From assembly GCA_051955835.1 (NCBI GenBank), contig JBQCGH010000030.1:3688-67687 (forward strand): a stretch of 64,000 bases of DNA. Reading direction: 5' to 3'. Positions 1 to 8,858 of this stretch are shown here, in pieces (position 1 is the first letter of the stretch; each line of letters starts with the position of its first letter). The notes beneath the pieces were generated by a model. It saw nothing but the letters and a program-made list of their open reading frames with translations. It ran no database searches and was not told where the DNA came from. The position numbers and the translations under genes were made by a program. The DNA comes from Gemmatimonadales bacterium (GTDB taxonomy: Bacteria > Gemmatimonadota > Gemmatimonadetes > Gemmatimonadales > GWC2-71-9).

Positions 1-351
1 GCTCGTGACCAGCACCACTACCTGCAGCAGCCGGAGCCGCGACCCCACGAGGACTTGCACGACGTAGAACGCAGGGAAGCAGACGGCAAACGTCGCCAGG
101 AAGAGGAAGGGGAGCTTGGCGGCCGCTGCCATCGCTTGGAACGGCCCGCTGTAGGCGCCCGCTACACCACCGTAGAGCCCACCCAGTACGACCAGGGTGG
201 CCAAGGAAAAGCGTAGCTTTCGACCAAGCTCGATTCCGGCGACCACTTCATCGAAGAAGCGCTCCCGGTCGCCGAGCAGGGCAGCCAGAAACTCACCGTA
301 ACTGTGGAGCGAAGGAGTGAGCGGGACGGGCACATCGGCCGCAGTGCTCAT
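1..351 (-). CDS. multi-pass membrane protein, N-terminal 117 codons (gene runs off the window start); Yip1-like topology
   Basis: ATG at 351-349 on the minus strand, with an open frame down to position 1. It is absent from the ORF track because it is truncated. Translation is MSTAADVPVPLTPSLHSYGEFLAALLGDRERFFDEVVAGIELGRKLRFSLATLVVLGGLYGG...KLPFLFLATFAVCFPAFYVVQVLVGS, with at least two hydrophobic helices. The family resemblance is from memory only. Confidence 0.5.
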   Translation of the reverse strand, partial: MSTAADVPVPLTPSLHSYGEFLAALLGDRERFFDEVVAGIELGRKLRFSLATLVVLGGLYGGVAGAYSGPFQAMAAAAKLPFLFLATFAVCFPAFYVVQVLVGSRLRLLQVVVLVTS

Positions 352-718
352 TGAGGCTCCCTGATTATAGAGCCAGATTATCGATCATGTGCGTGTTTGT
401 CAATGTATTCTGATGTTTGCCACTATATTCTCGAGCCACCCTGAGGCGGGTTGCCTGGATTACTCTCTGGAGGGGATCCGGGGACGCAGAATCTTCAGGA
501 CTGGAGGAAAGTGCGACAGGGGGATCCGCTTCGATTCAACCACGGCATCCCGCAAAAGCAGCCGACAGGCCGGAGGCGGGCGCGGCGCTCCTCCAGGCCA
601 AGCACTGAAAGCGTTGATTTGTGTGGGGCGGTAGGACTATGGCCTGTAACTGATTTGCATTTCGTTCAGGAACCACCCGGCCATCTGAGCTCGCAGAACC
701 GTACAACTTGGATTCAGG

Positions 719-1711
719 ATGCGTCTACGCTGCCCAGCGACCGCAGGTGCGTTGAGTCTAGCTCTGATCTCGAACCAGGCGCTCGCTCAAGTGGCCGCAA
801 GCCCTGATGGCGCACCCGTTGATCGGTCTCCTCACGTTGAGCGCTTCTTAGATATAAACGGGGTTCGCCTTCAACTGCTCGACTGGGGCGGGCATGGCCC
901 AGTCATCCTCTTCATGCCTGGCTTTGGGAACGGGGCACATATCTTTGACGGGCTCGCGCCGGAATTCACCGATCGCTTTCACGCGCTTGCAATTACGCCG
1001 CGAGGCTTTCCTCCATCGAGCGCCCCAGACAGGGGCTATACGGTTGCCCAGCTAGCACAGGATGTTCGAGCCGTCCTCGACAGCCTCCAAGCCTCTAAGG
1101 CGGTCCTCGTAGGGCACTCGATCTCTGGAGCTGTGCTGACGCGCTTTGCAACCCTCCATCCAGACCGTCTACTGGCAGCCGTCTACCTCGATGGGGCCTA
1201 CGATTTCGGGGACGCCTACCGGCGTTCGCAAGAGGCAAGGCGAGAGGCACCTCAGCCACCAGCAGACACAACGGCATCCGCGTTCCAGTCGTGGCGTCGG
1301 CGATTTCCCGGCTGGGACTCCGTCAGGGAGATTGATTCCGGCATGTGGAATATCGATTCGGCAGAGACCGCCCGCCGGCAAGCTCTTGTGAAATCGCTGG
1401 TGACGGAAGTCCGGTCGCACCCGAATGAGGTCTGGCGCGTGCAAGCTCCCGCGCTTTCCGTCTGTGCGCTGGGAAGTATGGAGCGAGGTTTCGGCTGGCT
1501 CACGCCGGATTCGGCCAGGTGGAAGATGGCCAGCCGCTACGCGTCTCAGGTCCTACATCGCAAACATGAAGTATGCGAGGAGTTTGCTCGGAAGGTCCCT
1601 CGTGGGCGGGTTGTGGACCTTGATAGCGGACACTACGTGTTCCTAGATCAACGGCTAGCGGTAGTGCGCGCCATGCGGGAATTTCTCGATGATGTCGTCG
1701 AGAACCGCTAG
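719..1711 (+). CDS. secreted alpha/beta-fold hydrolase
   Basis: 330-aa ORF with a signal-like N-terminus (MRLRCPATAGALSLALISNQALAQ). It carries the HGPVILFMPGFGNG motif and the nucleophile elbow GHSISG. It lies in the lower-GC left part of the window. Confidence 0.85.
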   Translation: MRLRCPATAGALSLALISNQALAQVAASPDGAPVDRSPHVERFLDINGVRLQLLDWGGHGPVILFMPGFGNGAHIFDGLAPEFTDRFHALAITPRGFPPSSAPDRGYTVAQLAQDVRAVLDSLQASKAVLVGHSISGAVLTRFATLHPDRLLAAVYLDGAYDFGDAYRRSQEARREAPQPPADTTASAFQSWRRRFPGWDSVREIDSGMWNIDSAETARRQALVKSLVTEVRSHPNEVWRVQAPALSVCALGSMERGFGWLTPDSARWKMASRYASQVLHRKHEVCEEFARKVPRGRVVDLDSGHYVFLDQRLAVVRAMREFLDDVVENR

Positions 1712-2307
1712 GTTCGTACGCTGTGGGTGCCTAAGCCGCGCATGCAGCCGACAGGCGCTACAGACCACGGCTCCGCTGCTGATGGTCGAGGAGTCATTGA
1801 CGCTGTCTAGCCTTCCGAGCGGGTACCGGGCGCTATGTCACTCCCTGCACGGCGCAGCCGATGGCAGGCACTCGAAGCTACCGGCGAGGTGCAATGATCT
1901 CTGGTCCGGCCTGGTGGAATGGCTATACGAACAGAAGCTTGATGACGACATTCCTGCGCAAATCCCATTCTGATGACGTGCCCGCAGCATAGTCAGGGCA
2001 CCTGGCGATAGGATAAGTTCAAATCACGCGGCGCTTCGCTTACAGAGTGCGCCGTGACGCCCTTAGAATGCCTGATCCGTCAGTCAGTTGAGTCTGTTAG
2101 CCGGGCCATAAGGAAGGGGAACAGCTCAAGCTCCCCACATCTTTCAAACTCTAAGGCGGTGCTGGGGTTCGTCGGCTTCCCTTGGACATTTTCTGGACAT
2201 CGGTGAGGATACGCCATAGCATTACCAGATAAAGGGCTGAACGGGGAAGAGGTTGCGAGACAACGACATAGCACCCAATGACACCACCTGATAGAGCTTG
2301 ACGTGAT

Positions 2308-2349
2308 CTGCAAAACCTCCATTCATCGGTTCGATTCCGATCGGCGCCT
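2308..2349 (+). pseudogene. 3' fragment of tRNA-Cys(GCA): anticodon loop through discriminator; putative att-site remnant
   Basis: The sequence reads CTGCAAA (anticodon loop with GCA), ACCTC, CATTC, then a perfect T arm ATCGG-TTCGATT-CCGAT, then acceptor 3' strand CGGCGCC and discriminator T (U73 is typical of tRNA-Cys). There is no GGCGCCG 5' acceptor strand or D arm within about 100 nt upstream. The upstream GTGAT pairs only 3/5 with ACCTC. Confidence 0.6.
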
Positions 2350-2370
2350 CTCACCCAAGACGCACTTCCA

Positions 2371-2400
2371 CGGGCCCCGCAGGGGGCCCGTTTTCGTTTC
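2371..2400 (+). terminator. intrinsic terminator downstream of the tRNA-Cys remnant
   Basis: 8-bp GC stem CGGGCCCC / GGGGCCCG (2371-2378 pairs with 2383-2390) with a GCAG loop, followed by TTTTCGTTTC. Confidence 0.7.
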
Positions 2401-2508
2401 CAGGGAATATTTTCCGATGCAGCGCGGTCTCTGGTTCCCAGTCCGCGCTCCGCGCGGTTTCCAGGTGACCTCCAGGATGTGAGCAGACATGCCGAGCACC
2501 ACCGAACG

Positions 2509-3234
2509 ATGAGACCGCTGTCCTGCTGTGCCGGCCTGATCCTTACACTGCTGGCGCGCACCAGCGCGCAGGCGCAGACGGCCGCAGCCTCGACGGATTC
2601 CGTGGTGTACCACGTCGATCCCAGCAGCCGCCTCGTGGTCAAGACGGGCAAGTCCGGCCTCCTGAGCTTCGCCGGTCACACGCACGTGATCCGGGCGCGC
2701 GGCGTCCGGGGCGTACTGATCTATCGTCCGGGAACCTCGATGTCGTCGCTTCGGCTCACGGTACCCACCGAGAGCCTGGAAGTGCTCACGCCGCCGGACA
2801 CGGCCGAGATCCGCAAGGTGACCGAAGCCATGCGGACGGAAGTGCTGCACGTCGACAAGTACCCGCAGATGATCTTCGCCGCCGATTCGCTCCGCGCCGG
2901 CACGGGAAAGATGCAGCTCCGGCTGGCCCTCACCATGGAGGGCACCACTCGAACAGTGCCGGTGGAGGCCGCGGTCACGCTCGACGAGGATACAGTCAGT
3001 GCGGGGGGCACCTTCACCGCCAAGCAGACCGACTTCGGTATCAAGCCGTTCAGTGGCGGACCGGGCGGGACGGTCAAGGTCGCCGATCGAGTGACGTTCT
3101 GCTTCGATCTCGTCGCGGTGCGCCAGCCCGCCGTCGGGTCCGCGGTCCGGCCCGACGCCAACGACCCGCGCGCGGTGCCCGGGTGTGTGGACACCAGGGG
3201 CGCAGACACGGACAAGCATCGCGGGCCCATGTAG
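2509..3234 (+). CDS. YceI-like periplasmic polyisoprenoid-binding protein
   Basis: ORF 2479..3234. ATG 2509 gives the signal peptide MRPLSCCAGLILTLLARTSAQAQ. YceI-like features are KSGLLSFAGHTHVI, VLHVDKYPQMIF and FTAKQTDFGIKPFSGGPGGTVKVAD. GTG 2479 is an alternative start. Confidence 0.85.
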   Translation: MRPLSCCAGLILTLLARTSAQAQTAAASTDSVVYHVDPSSRLVVKTGKSGLLSFAGHTHVIRARGVRGVLIYRPGTSMSSLRLTVPTESLEVLTPPDTAEIRKVTEAMRTEVLHVDKYPQMIFAADSLRAGTGKMQLRLALTMEGTTRTVPVEAAVTLDEDTVSAGGTFTAKQTDFGIKPFSGGPGGTVKVADRVTFCFDLVAVRQPAVGSAVRPDANDPRAVPGCVDTRGADTDKHRGPM

Positions 3235-3282
3235 GCACGGAGACTCCGCAGTGCCGAAGCGCGCCCCAGCCCACAGGATCCG

Positions 3283-4695
3283 TTGAGCGCGGTCCGCCTG
3301 CGGTCTCCCGCCGGGCGGTGGATCGTCGTCGCGTCGGTGCTCGGCTCGGGCGCGGCGTTCCTCGAAGGGACCGTCGTCAATGTCGCCCTGCCGGCCATCG
3401 CCAGGGACTTCGGCCTGGGCATCGAAGGACTGCAGTGGGTGCTCAACGGCTACCTGCTCACCCTCAGCGCGCTCATGCTGCTCGGCGGCGCCCTGGGCGA
3501 TCGATTTCCTCGCTCGCGCGTGTTCGCCGCCGGCTGCGTGGGATTCGCGGTTGCCTCGGCCGGCTGCGCGCTCGCTCCGAATCTCGGCGCCCTGGTCGGG
3601 CTCCGGCTGCTCCAGGGTGTGGCCGGCGCACTGCTCGTCCCCAACAGCCTGGCCATTCTCGAGACCACGTTCGCCGAGGATGACCGCGCGGAGGCCATCG
3701 GCCTGTGGGCCGCCTGGTCGGCATTCTCGAGCGCGGCCGGGCCGCTCTTGGGCGGATGGCTGGTGGACGCCGTGTCGTGGCGCGGCGTGTTCGCCACCAT
3801 CATGCCGTTCTCGCTCGCCGCCGCCTACCTGGCCATCCGTCACGCGCCACGCCAGCGGACCTCGCGCACGTCGGTCGACTACCTCGGCGCCGTGCTCGCG
3901 ACGCTCGGCCTCGCGGGGACGATATGGGCGCTCATCATGGGCCCGACTCTCGGAGCCGCCCATCCGGCGGTCCTCGCGACCGGGTGTGGTGGTCTCGCGC
4001 TGCTCATGGCGTTCGTGCTGGCTGAGCGTCGGACCGGTCGCGGGGGACGGCAGCCGCTTCTGCCGCTCGGCGTGTTCCGCTCGCGTCAGTTCACCGGCGC
4101 CAACGTCATGACGCTGTTCGTGTACGCGGCGCTCAACGGGCTCTTTTTCCTGCTGATGCCGCAGCTCCAGATCACCCTGGGCTACCGCGCGCTGGTGGCC
4201 GGGGCGGCGCTGCTGCCGGTGAACGTCCTGATGCTCGTCCTCTCACCGCTCGCGGGGCGGGTGAGCGCCAGGATCGGTCCCCGGCTCCCCATGACCATCG
4301 GCGCGCTGCTGGCCGGGGGCGGCATGCTCCTCTTCGCGCGCGTCGACCAAAACGCGACCTACCTCGGGGCCGTCCTGCCGGCCGCCGTGCTGTTCGGGAT
4401 CGGTTTGGCGACCCTGGTCGCCCCGCTCACGGCCGGGGTCCTTGCCGCGGCCGGCCAGCGCGAGGCGGGCATCGCCTCGGGGATCAACAATGCCGTCGCG
4501 CGCCTCGCGGGACTGTTCGCGGCCGCCGGGCTACCGCTCGCCGCGGGCATCGGCGGGCTGGGCGAGCTCAAGGGACCCGCGTTCGCCGAGGGCTTCGTGC
4601 GGGCCATGGTCATCTGCGCGGCGTTGTGCATCGTCGGAGCCGCGGTCGCGTTCGCGACGGTGAGGAACGACACCACCCGACGGAGAAACGGCTAG
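3283..4695 (+). CDS. MFS transporter, DHA2 (EmrB/QacA-like) drug:H+ antiporter family
   Basis: 470-aa ORF (TTG start), highly hydrophobic with many TM segments. N-terminal DHA2-type signature: FLEGTVVNVALPAIARDFGLGIEGLQWVLNGYLLTLSALMLLGGALGDRF. Confidence 0.9.
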   Translation: MSAVRLRSPAGRWIVVASVLGSGAAFLEGTVVNVALPAIARDFGLGIEGLQWVLNGYLLTLSALMLLGGALGDRFPRSRVFAAGCVGFAVASAGCALAPNLGALVGLRLLQGVAGALLVPNSLAILETTFAEDDRAEAIGLWAAWSAFSSAAGPLLGGWLVDAVSWRGVFATIMPFSLAAAYLAIRHAPRQRTSRTSVDYLGAVLATLGLAGTIWALIMGPTLGAAHPAVLATGCGGLALLMAFVLAERRTGRGGRQPLLPLGVFRSRQFTGANVMTLFVYAALNGLFFLLMPQLQITLGYRALVAGAALLPVNVLMLVLSPLAGRVSARIGPRLPMTIGALLAGGGMLLFARVDQNATYLGAVLPAAVLFGIGLATLVAPLTAGVLAAAGQREAGIASGINNAVARLAGLFAAAGLPLAAGIGGLGELKGPAFAEGFVRAMVICAALCIVGAAVAFATVRNDTTRRRNG

Positions 4696-4768
4696 CGCGC
4701 CTGCACCCGCGGCCGTCGGCGACCGGTTAAGATGCGCAGGTCGCTACCTCAGCCGCGAATCGAGCGCC

Positions 4769-6064
4769 ATGCCCGCAGAACATCCCGCCCGCCGTCCATC
4801 GCTGATCCGGGCGCTCCGACATCGCAACTACCGCCTGTTCTTCGCGGGACAGAGCCTCTCGCTGGTCGGCACGTGGATCACCCGCATCGCCACGAGCTGG
4901 CTGGTGTATCGGCTCACGGGGTCGGCGCTTCTGCTGGGCGTCGTGGGGTTCTGCGGACAGATCCCGACGCTGTTTCTCGCCCCGGTGGCCGGCGTATTCG
5001 TGGACCGGTGGAACCGCCACCGCGTGCTGGTCGTGACGCAGGTCCTGTCGATGCTGCAATCCTTCGCGCTGGCGGCGCTCGCCTTGGCGGGAATCATCAC
5101 CGTGGAGGAGGTGCTCGGCCTGCAGGTGCTGCAAGGCATCATCAACGCATTCGACACCCCGGCTCGGCAGGCGTTCGTGGTGAGCATGATCGAGGACCGC
5201 GCAGACCTTCCGAACGCCATCGCGCTCAATTCCTCGATGGTGAACGTGAGCCGCATCCTGGGCCCTTCGATCGGCGGGGTGCTGATCGCGGCCGTCGGCG
5301 AGGGCTGGTGCTTTCTCGTGGACGGCGTCTCGTACCTGGCGGTGATCGCGTCGCTGCTCGCCATGCGCCTGCCGGCGCGCACCGGCGCCCGCGGCGAGAG
5401 CCGGGTCATCGACGAGTTGCGGGCCGGCCTCCGCTATGTCACGGGCTTCGAGCCGATCGGCACCGCGCTCCTCCTCCTCGCCATCGTGAGCACCATGGGC
5501 ATGCCGTACACCGTGCTGATGCCCGCCGTTGCCGCCAAGCTGCTGCACGGCGGACCTCACACGCTGGGCCTGCTGATGACGGCGGCGGGCGTCGGCGCGC
5601 TGTTCGGCGCGATCTACCTTGCCTCCCGGCCGAGCGTGCTCGGACTCGGCCGGGTGATCGCGGGGGGGACCGCGCTGTTCGGCGGAGGGCTGGTGGCCTT
5701 CGGATGCTCCCGCGCGCTCTGGCTCTCGCTGCTCATCCTGCCGCTGATCGGCGCCGGGTTCATGGTGTCGCTCGCCGCCACCAACACGCTGATCCAGACG
5801 ATTACCGAGGAGCACCTTCGGGGGCGGGTCATGGCCTTCTACACGATGGCGTTCCTCGGCACCGCGCCCCTGGGGAGCCTTCTCGCCGGCGTGCTCGCCG
5901 ACCGCATTGGCGAGCCGCTCACCATCATCGCCGGCGGCGTCGCATGCCTGCTCGGGTCCGTCTGGTTCACCAGCCGGCTGAGCCGGCTGCGCGAGCTGGT
6001 TCGACCGCTCTACCGAGAGCGGGGCATCCTGCCGTCCGCGGCGGAGCAGGCCGAGCCCGGGTGA
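4769..6064 (+). CDS. MFS transporter (EntS/DUF894-like, 12 TM)
   Basis: 431-aa ORF with ATG start. The N-terminus LRHRNYRLFFAGQSLSLVGTWITRIATSWLVYRLTGS is typical of the 'transmembrane secretion effector' MFS group. Hydrophobic throughout. Confidence 0.9.
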   Translation: MPAEHPARRPSLIRALRHRNYRLFFAGQSLSLVGTWITRIATSWLVYRLTGSALLLGVVGFCGQIPTLFLAPVAGVFVDRWNRHRVLVVTQVLSMLQSFALAALALAGIITVEEVLGLQVLQGIINAFDTPARQAFVVSMIEDRADLPNAIALNSSMVNVSRILGPSIGGVLIAAVGEGWCFLVDGVSYLAVIASLLAMRLPARTGARGESRVIDELRAGLRYVTGFEPIGTALLLLAIVSTMGMPYTVLMPAVAAKLLHGGPHTLGLLMTAAGVGALFGAIYLASRPSVLGLGRVIAGGTALFGGGLVAFGCSRALWLSLLILPLIGAGFMVSLAATNTLIQTITEEHLRGRVMAFYTMAFLGTAPLGSLLAGVLADRIGEPLTIIAGGVACLLGSVWFTSRLSRLRELVRPLYRERGILPSAAEQAEPG

Positions 6065-6114
6065 GCGGTGTCGGTTCCCGTTCCGCGGCTGGTAGAGTCA
6101 CTCACGCCGGCCGA

Positions 6115-7536
6115 TCACCCCACGTCGGCCAAGGCGGCCTGAGCCGCGAAGTAGCCTCCCATCCCGTGCACCCCACCGCCGGGCGGAGTCGAGGCGGAGC
6201 AGAGATACACCCCCTTGAGCGGGGTGCGGTATGGGGTCGGTCCAAACACGGGGCGACGGAAGACCTGCGCCAGGTCCATGGCACCCCCGTTCACGTCGCC
6301 GCCCACCAGGTTGGCGTTGCGCCGCTCGAACTCGGCTGGCGTGATCACGCTCCGCGCCAGAATGCGGTCCCGGAATCCCGGGGCGAAGCGTTCCACCTGA
6401 CGCTCGATGAGCTCAGTCACATCCGCGGTCCACCCATTAGGGACGTGGCAATAGGCCCAAGCCGTGTGTCGGCCCGGAGGAGCGCGGCTGGGGTCGAACA
6501 GCGTCGGCTGCACGAAGAGCACGAATGGTCGATCGTGGACCTCACCGCGTTCGTGGGCCGCTTCGGATGCGACGATCTCCTCGAGCGTCCCGCCGAGGTG
6601 GACGGTGGCCGACCGAAGGCACTCCGCCGCGGTCCACGGGACCGGCCCGTCGAGCGCCCAATCGAGCTTGAACGCCGCCGCGCCGTAGCGGTACCGCTCG
6701 AGCCGCCGATGGTACCGGTGGGGCAGCAGCGTGCCGGCAATCCGCGCGAGCTGTCTCGGCCCCAGGTCCAGGATCACGATTCGCGCCGACCGCAGTTCCT
6801 CGAGTCGCTCGACCTTCGCGTCGGTCTGGACTTCGCCGCCGAGCGACAGGAAGTAACCGACGAGCGCGTCGGCGATGCGCTGCGAGCCGCCGCGGGCGAT
6901 CGGCCAGCCCACGCCATGGCCCGCAATCGAAAGCAGCAGCCCGAACGCGGCGGTGCCCGGCTGCTCAAGCGAAAGGAACGCATGCGCGGCATTGCCCGCG
7001 AACAGCCCCCGGGCGGGCACGCCCCGGAGTGCCCGGGCGAGGACGGTTGCTGGCAGCAGCGCCTCCGCGCCGAAACGCGTCATCAGCAGGGGATGACGAG
7101 GAACGCGAATCGGCGGGGCGAGCACGTCCTCCGCGAGCAGGTCCCATTCTCGGGCGAACGTTCCGAAAAGCCGGGACCAGTGGTGGCCGTGGGGACCGAG
7201 ACCTCGTGCCGTATCCTCGACCGAGCGCTCCAGCATCGCGGCCGTTCCGCCGTCCAAGGGATGCGCCAGCGGTGCCGGCGGCTGGATCCATTCGAGCCCG
7301 TATCGCTCGAGTGGAAGCGACCGGAAGAAGGGCGACGAGCAGGCAAGGGGGTGGACCGCCGAACAGACGTCATGGATGAAGCCGGGCAGGGTGAGCTCGG
7401 CCGATCGGAGCCCGCCACCGACGGTGGCCTGCGCCTCGCGCACCAGCGTACGAAGGCCGGCACCGGCGAGCACGATGCCGGCCGCGAGCCCGTTGGGACC
7501 CGAACCCACGACGACGGCGTCGGGAGCATTGGACAT
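6115..7536 (-). CDS. NAD(P)/FAD-dependent oxidoreductase, phytoene-desaturase (CrtI-like) family
   Basis: ORF 6115..7725. The internal ATG at 7536 gives MSNAPDAVVVGSGPNGLAAGIVLAGAGLRTLVREAQATVGGG, a Rossmann GxGxxG dinucleotide fold. The C-terminal GVYLCSASTPPGGGVHGMGG is typical of the family. Confidence 0.85.
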   Translation of the reverse strand: MSNAPDAVVVGSGPNGLAAGIVLAGAGLRTLVREAQATVGGGLRSAELTLPGFIHDVCSAVHPLACSSPFFRSLPLERYGLEWIQPPAPLAHPLDGGTAAMLERSVEDTARGLGPHGHHWSRLFGTFAREWDLLAEDVLAPPIRVPRHPLLMTRFGAEALLPATVLARALRGVPARGLFAGNAAHAFLSLEQPGTAAFGLLLSIAGHGVGWPIARGGSQRIADALVGYFLSLGGEVQTDAKVERLEELRSARIVILDLGPRQLARIAGTLLPHRYHRRLERYRYGAAAFKLDWALDGPVPWTAAECLRSATVHLGGTLEEIVASEAAHERGEVHDRPFVLFVQPTLFDPSRAPPGRHTAWAYCHVPNGWTADVTELIERQVERFAPGFRDRILARSVITPAEFERRNANLVGGDVNGGAMDLAQVFRRPVFGPTPYRTPLKGVYLCSASTPPGGGVHGMGGYFAAQAALADVG

Positions 7537-7694
7537 GGCCACGGAAGATAGACGCCCGGCCGAACCCGGCACGCAAGCACGAGCGTCACGCCACCCGCGT
7601 GACCGACTGGCCGACCGAAGACGTGACCGCGCGCGCGGACGGCATTCAAGGCCCACCGCACCTTGGGGCAGCCTTCGCGCCGGAGCGTCTGCCC

Positions 7695-8207
7695 ATGTAC
7701 GAGGGGAGCAGTGGGGCGACCGCACTCGCCCTGCTCATCGATTCGGACCCGACCATGCGATCGCAGGTCCGCCCGATCCTCGAGGCCCACGGCCTGGAGG
7801 TCGTTCATGCGCGCAGCAGCGTGGCCGCGCTCGAGCTGTTGCAGCGGATGCCCGACCGATTTCGGCTCGTGCTGGTGAGCATGGAGATGCCCGGCCTCTC
7901 CGGCCGCGTCCTGCTCGAGACGCTCCGGCTCTTTCGCCCGCAGCTACCGGCCATCTGTCTGACTGGTGCCGTCGGGACGGCGGTCGGCGCCGCCGAGACC
8001 AATTGCCTCCCGAAGCCGCTGGGTGCCGAAGACGTGCACCCACGGATCACTCAGGCGATGGGCGGCGCAAGCACGCTCGTGCTCGGCCAGCCGATCGCCT
8101 CGGATGCGGCGGCCCGCGTCCGGGCGACATTCGCTTCGTCGGGCAGCCTGCTCGAGGCCGCGCGCGAGCTGGCCCGCGCGCTTCCCGGGTCGACCGACGA
8201 CGGATGA
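7695..8207 (+). CDS. stand-alone receiver-domain protein with non-canonical phospho-site (Ser in place of Asp)
   Basis: ORF 7599..8207; ATG 7695 is preferred and GTG 7599 is the alternative. CheY-like layout: LALLIDSDPTMR ... FRLVLVSMEMPGLSG ... ICLTG ... LPKP. In my manual alignment the acceptor Asp position is Ser. Confidence 0.7.
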   Translation: MYEGSSGATALALLIDSDPTMRSQVRPILEAHGLEVVHARSSVAALELLQRMPDRFRLVLVSMEMPGLSGRVLLETLRLFRPQLPAICLTGAVGTAVGAAETNCLPKPLGAEDVHPRITQAMGGASTLVLGQPIASDAAARVRATFASSGSLLEAARELARALPGSTDDG

Positions 8208-8714
8208 TCAGGTGGCCGGGCGGCCCGCCCGTCCGGATTCCTCGCCGTTCCGCCGGGGCAGCCGGAGCGCCTCTTCTACCCTTGCGATGAGCTCGTCGCG
8301 GGTGAAGGGCTTCCCGAGGAACAGAACGTTCGGGTTGGAGAGGCCCTCCTGGACCAGCACTTCCGCTGGATAGGCCGACATGTAAAGTACGCGTGTGCCG
8401 GCCCAGTCCTCGCGAATCAGTCGCACGAGATCCACGCCGTTCACCTCGGGCATGACGACGTCGGTAATGACCAGGTGCACCGGCGGACGGGCGGTAGACA
8501 GGACTTCGAGCGCCTCCCCTGCGGAGGCAGCCTCGAAGACGCGGTATCCGGCCTCGGACAGGAAGCGAAACACGGTCTTCCGGACGACCCCGACGTCGTC
8601 GACGACGAGAATACTCTGCCCGGCAACTGGAGGTGGGGGTTGGACGTAGTCGGTCACGACAACGGCCTGGCTCGGATAGAGAGGGGGTGGATCTCGCTCA
8701 GCGGAGGACCGCAA
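8208..8714 (-). CDS. single-domain response regulator (CheY-like receiver, canonical)
   Basis: 168-aa ORF (TTG 8714; GTG 8657 is the alternative). Motifs: ILVVDDVGVVR, HLVITDVVMPEVNG, LYMSAY, LGKPF. Its stop codon abuts the stop of the convergent receiver gene (TGATCA at 8205-8210). Confidence 0.8.
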   Translation of the reverse strand: MRSSAERDPPPLYPSQAVVVTDYVQPPPPVAGQSILVVDDVGVVRKTVFRFLSEAGYRVFEAASAGEALEVLSTARPPVHLVITDVVMPEVNGVDLVRLIREDWAGTRVLYMSAYPAEVLVQEGLSNPNVLFLGKPFTRDELIARVEEALRLPRRNGEESGRAGRPAT

Positions 8715-8858
8715 GTAGCCATTGTGACCCTTCCGCTGCGGTGACCTCGGTCACCTCGGGAGGCAAGATGTGGAAAACCTGAAACTCGTGCGCGCTGATG
8801 GCCGTCTGGTCCGCACCGCCGCGTTGCCCGCTCACACCTACTCACCGGAACGCCACTC

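Noticed and set aside
1689-1973. Short ORFs in the non-coding stretch 1712-2307 (1689..1973 +, 2080..2322 -) and in 389-718.
   Set aside because: They have no motifs, Cys/Arg/Ser-rich unnatural composition and no ribosome-binding sites. The region reads as decayed or non-coding island DNA.
2251-2349. Possible tmRNA. A tRNA-like 3' end is preceded by an apparent short reading frame ending in a double stop (…GACACCACC TGA TAG).
   Set aside because: No 5' strand (GGCGCCG or a G-U variant) is present to close an acceptor stem anywhere in the upstream 400 nt. The putative tag does not end in the usual hydrophobic Ala-Ala. The anticodon loop CTGCAAA and discriminator T fit a tRNA-Cys fragment much better.
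4732-7551. Very long ORFs on the strand opposite to recognisable genes. Examples are 4732..7551 (+, 939 aa), 2323..3963 (-), 19072..21483 (-), 24676..27330 (+), 32716..34824 (-), 35145..38114 (-) and 41817..43889 (-).
   Set aside because: These are typical shadow ORFs of a ~70% G+C genome. Their translations are Arg/Pro/Gly/Ala/His-rich low complexity with no motifs. Each fully overlaps a gene with clear family signatures on the other strand.
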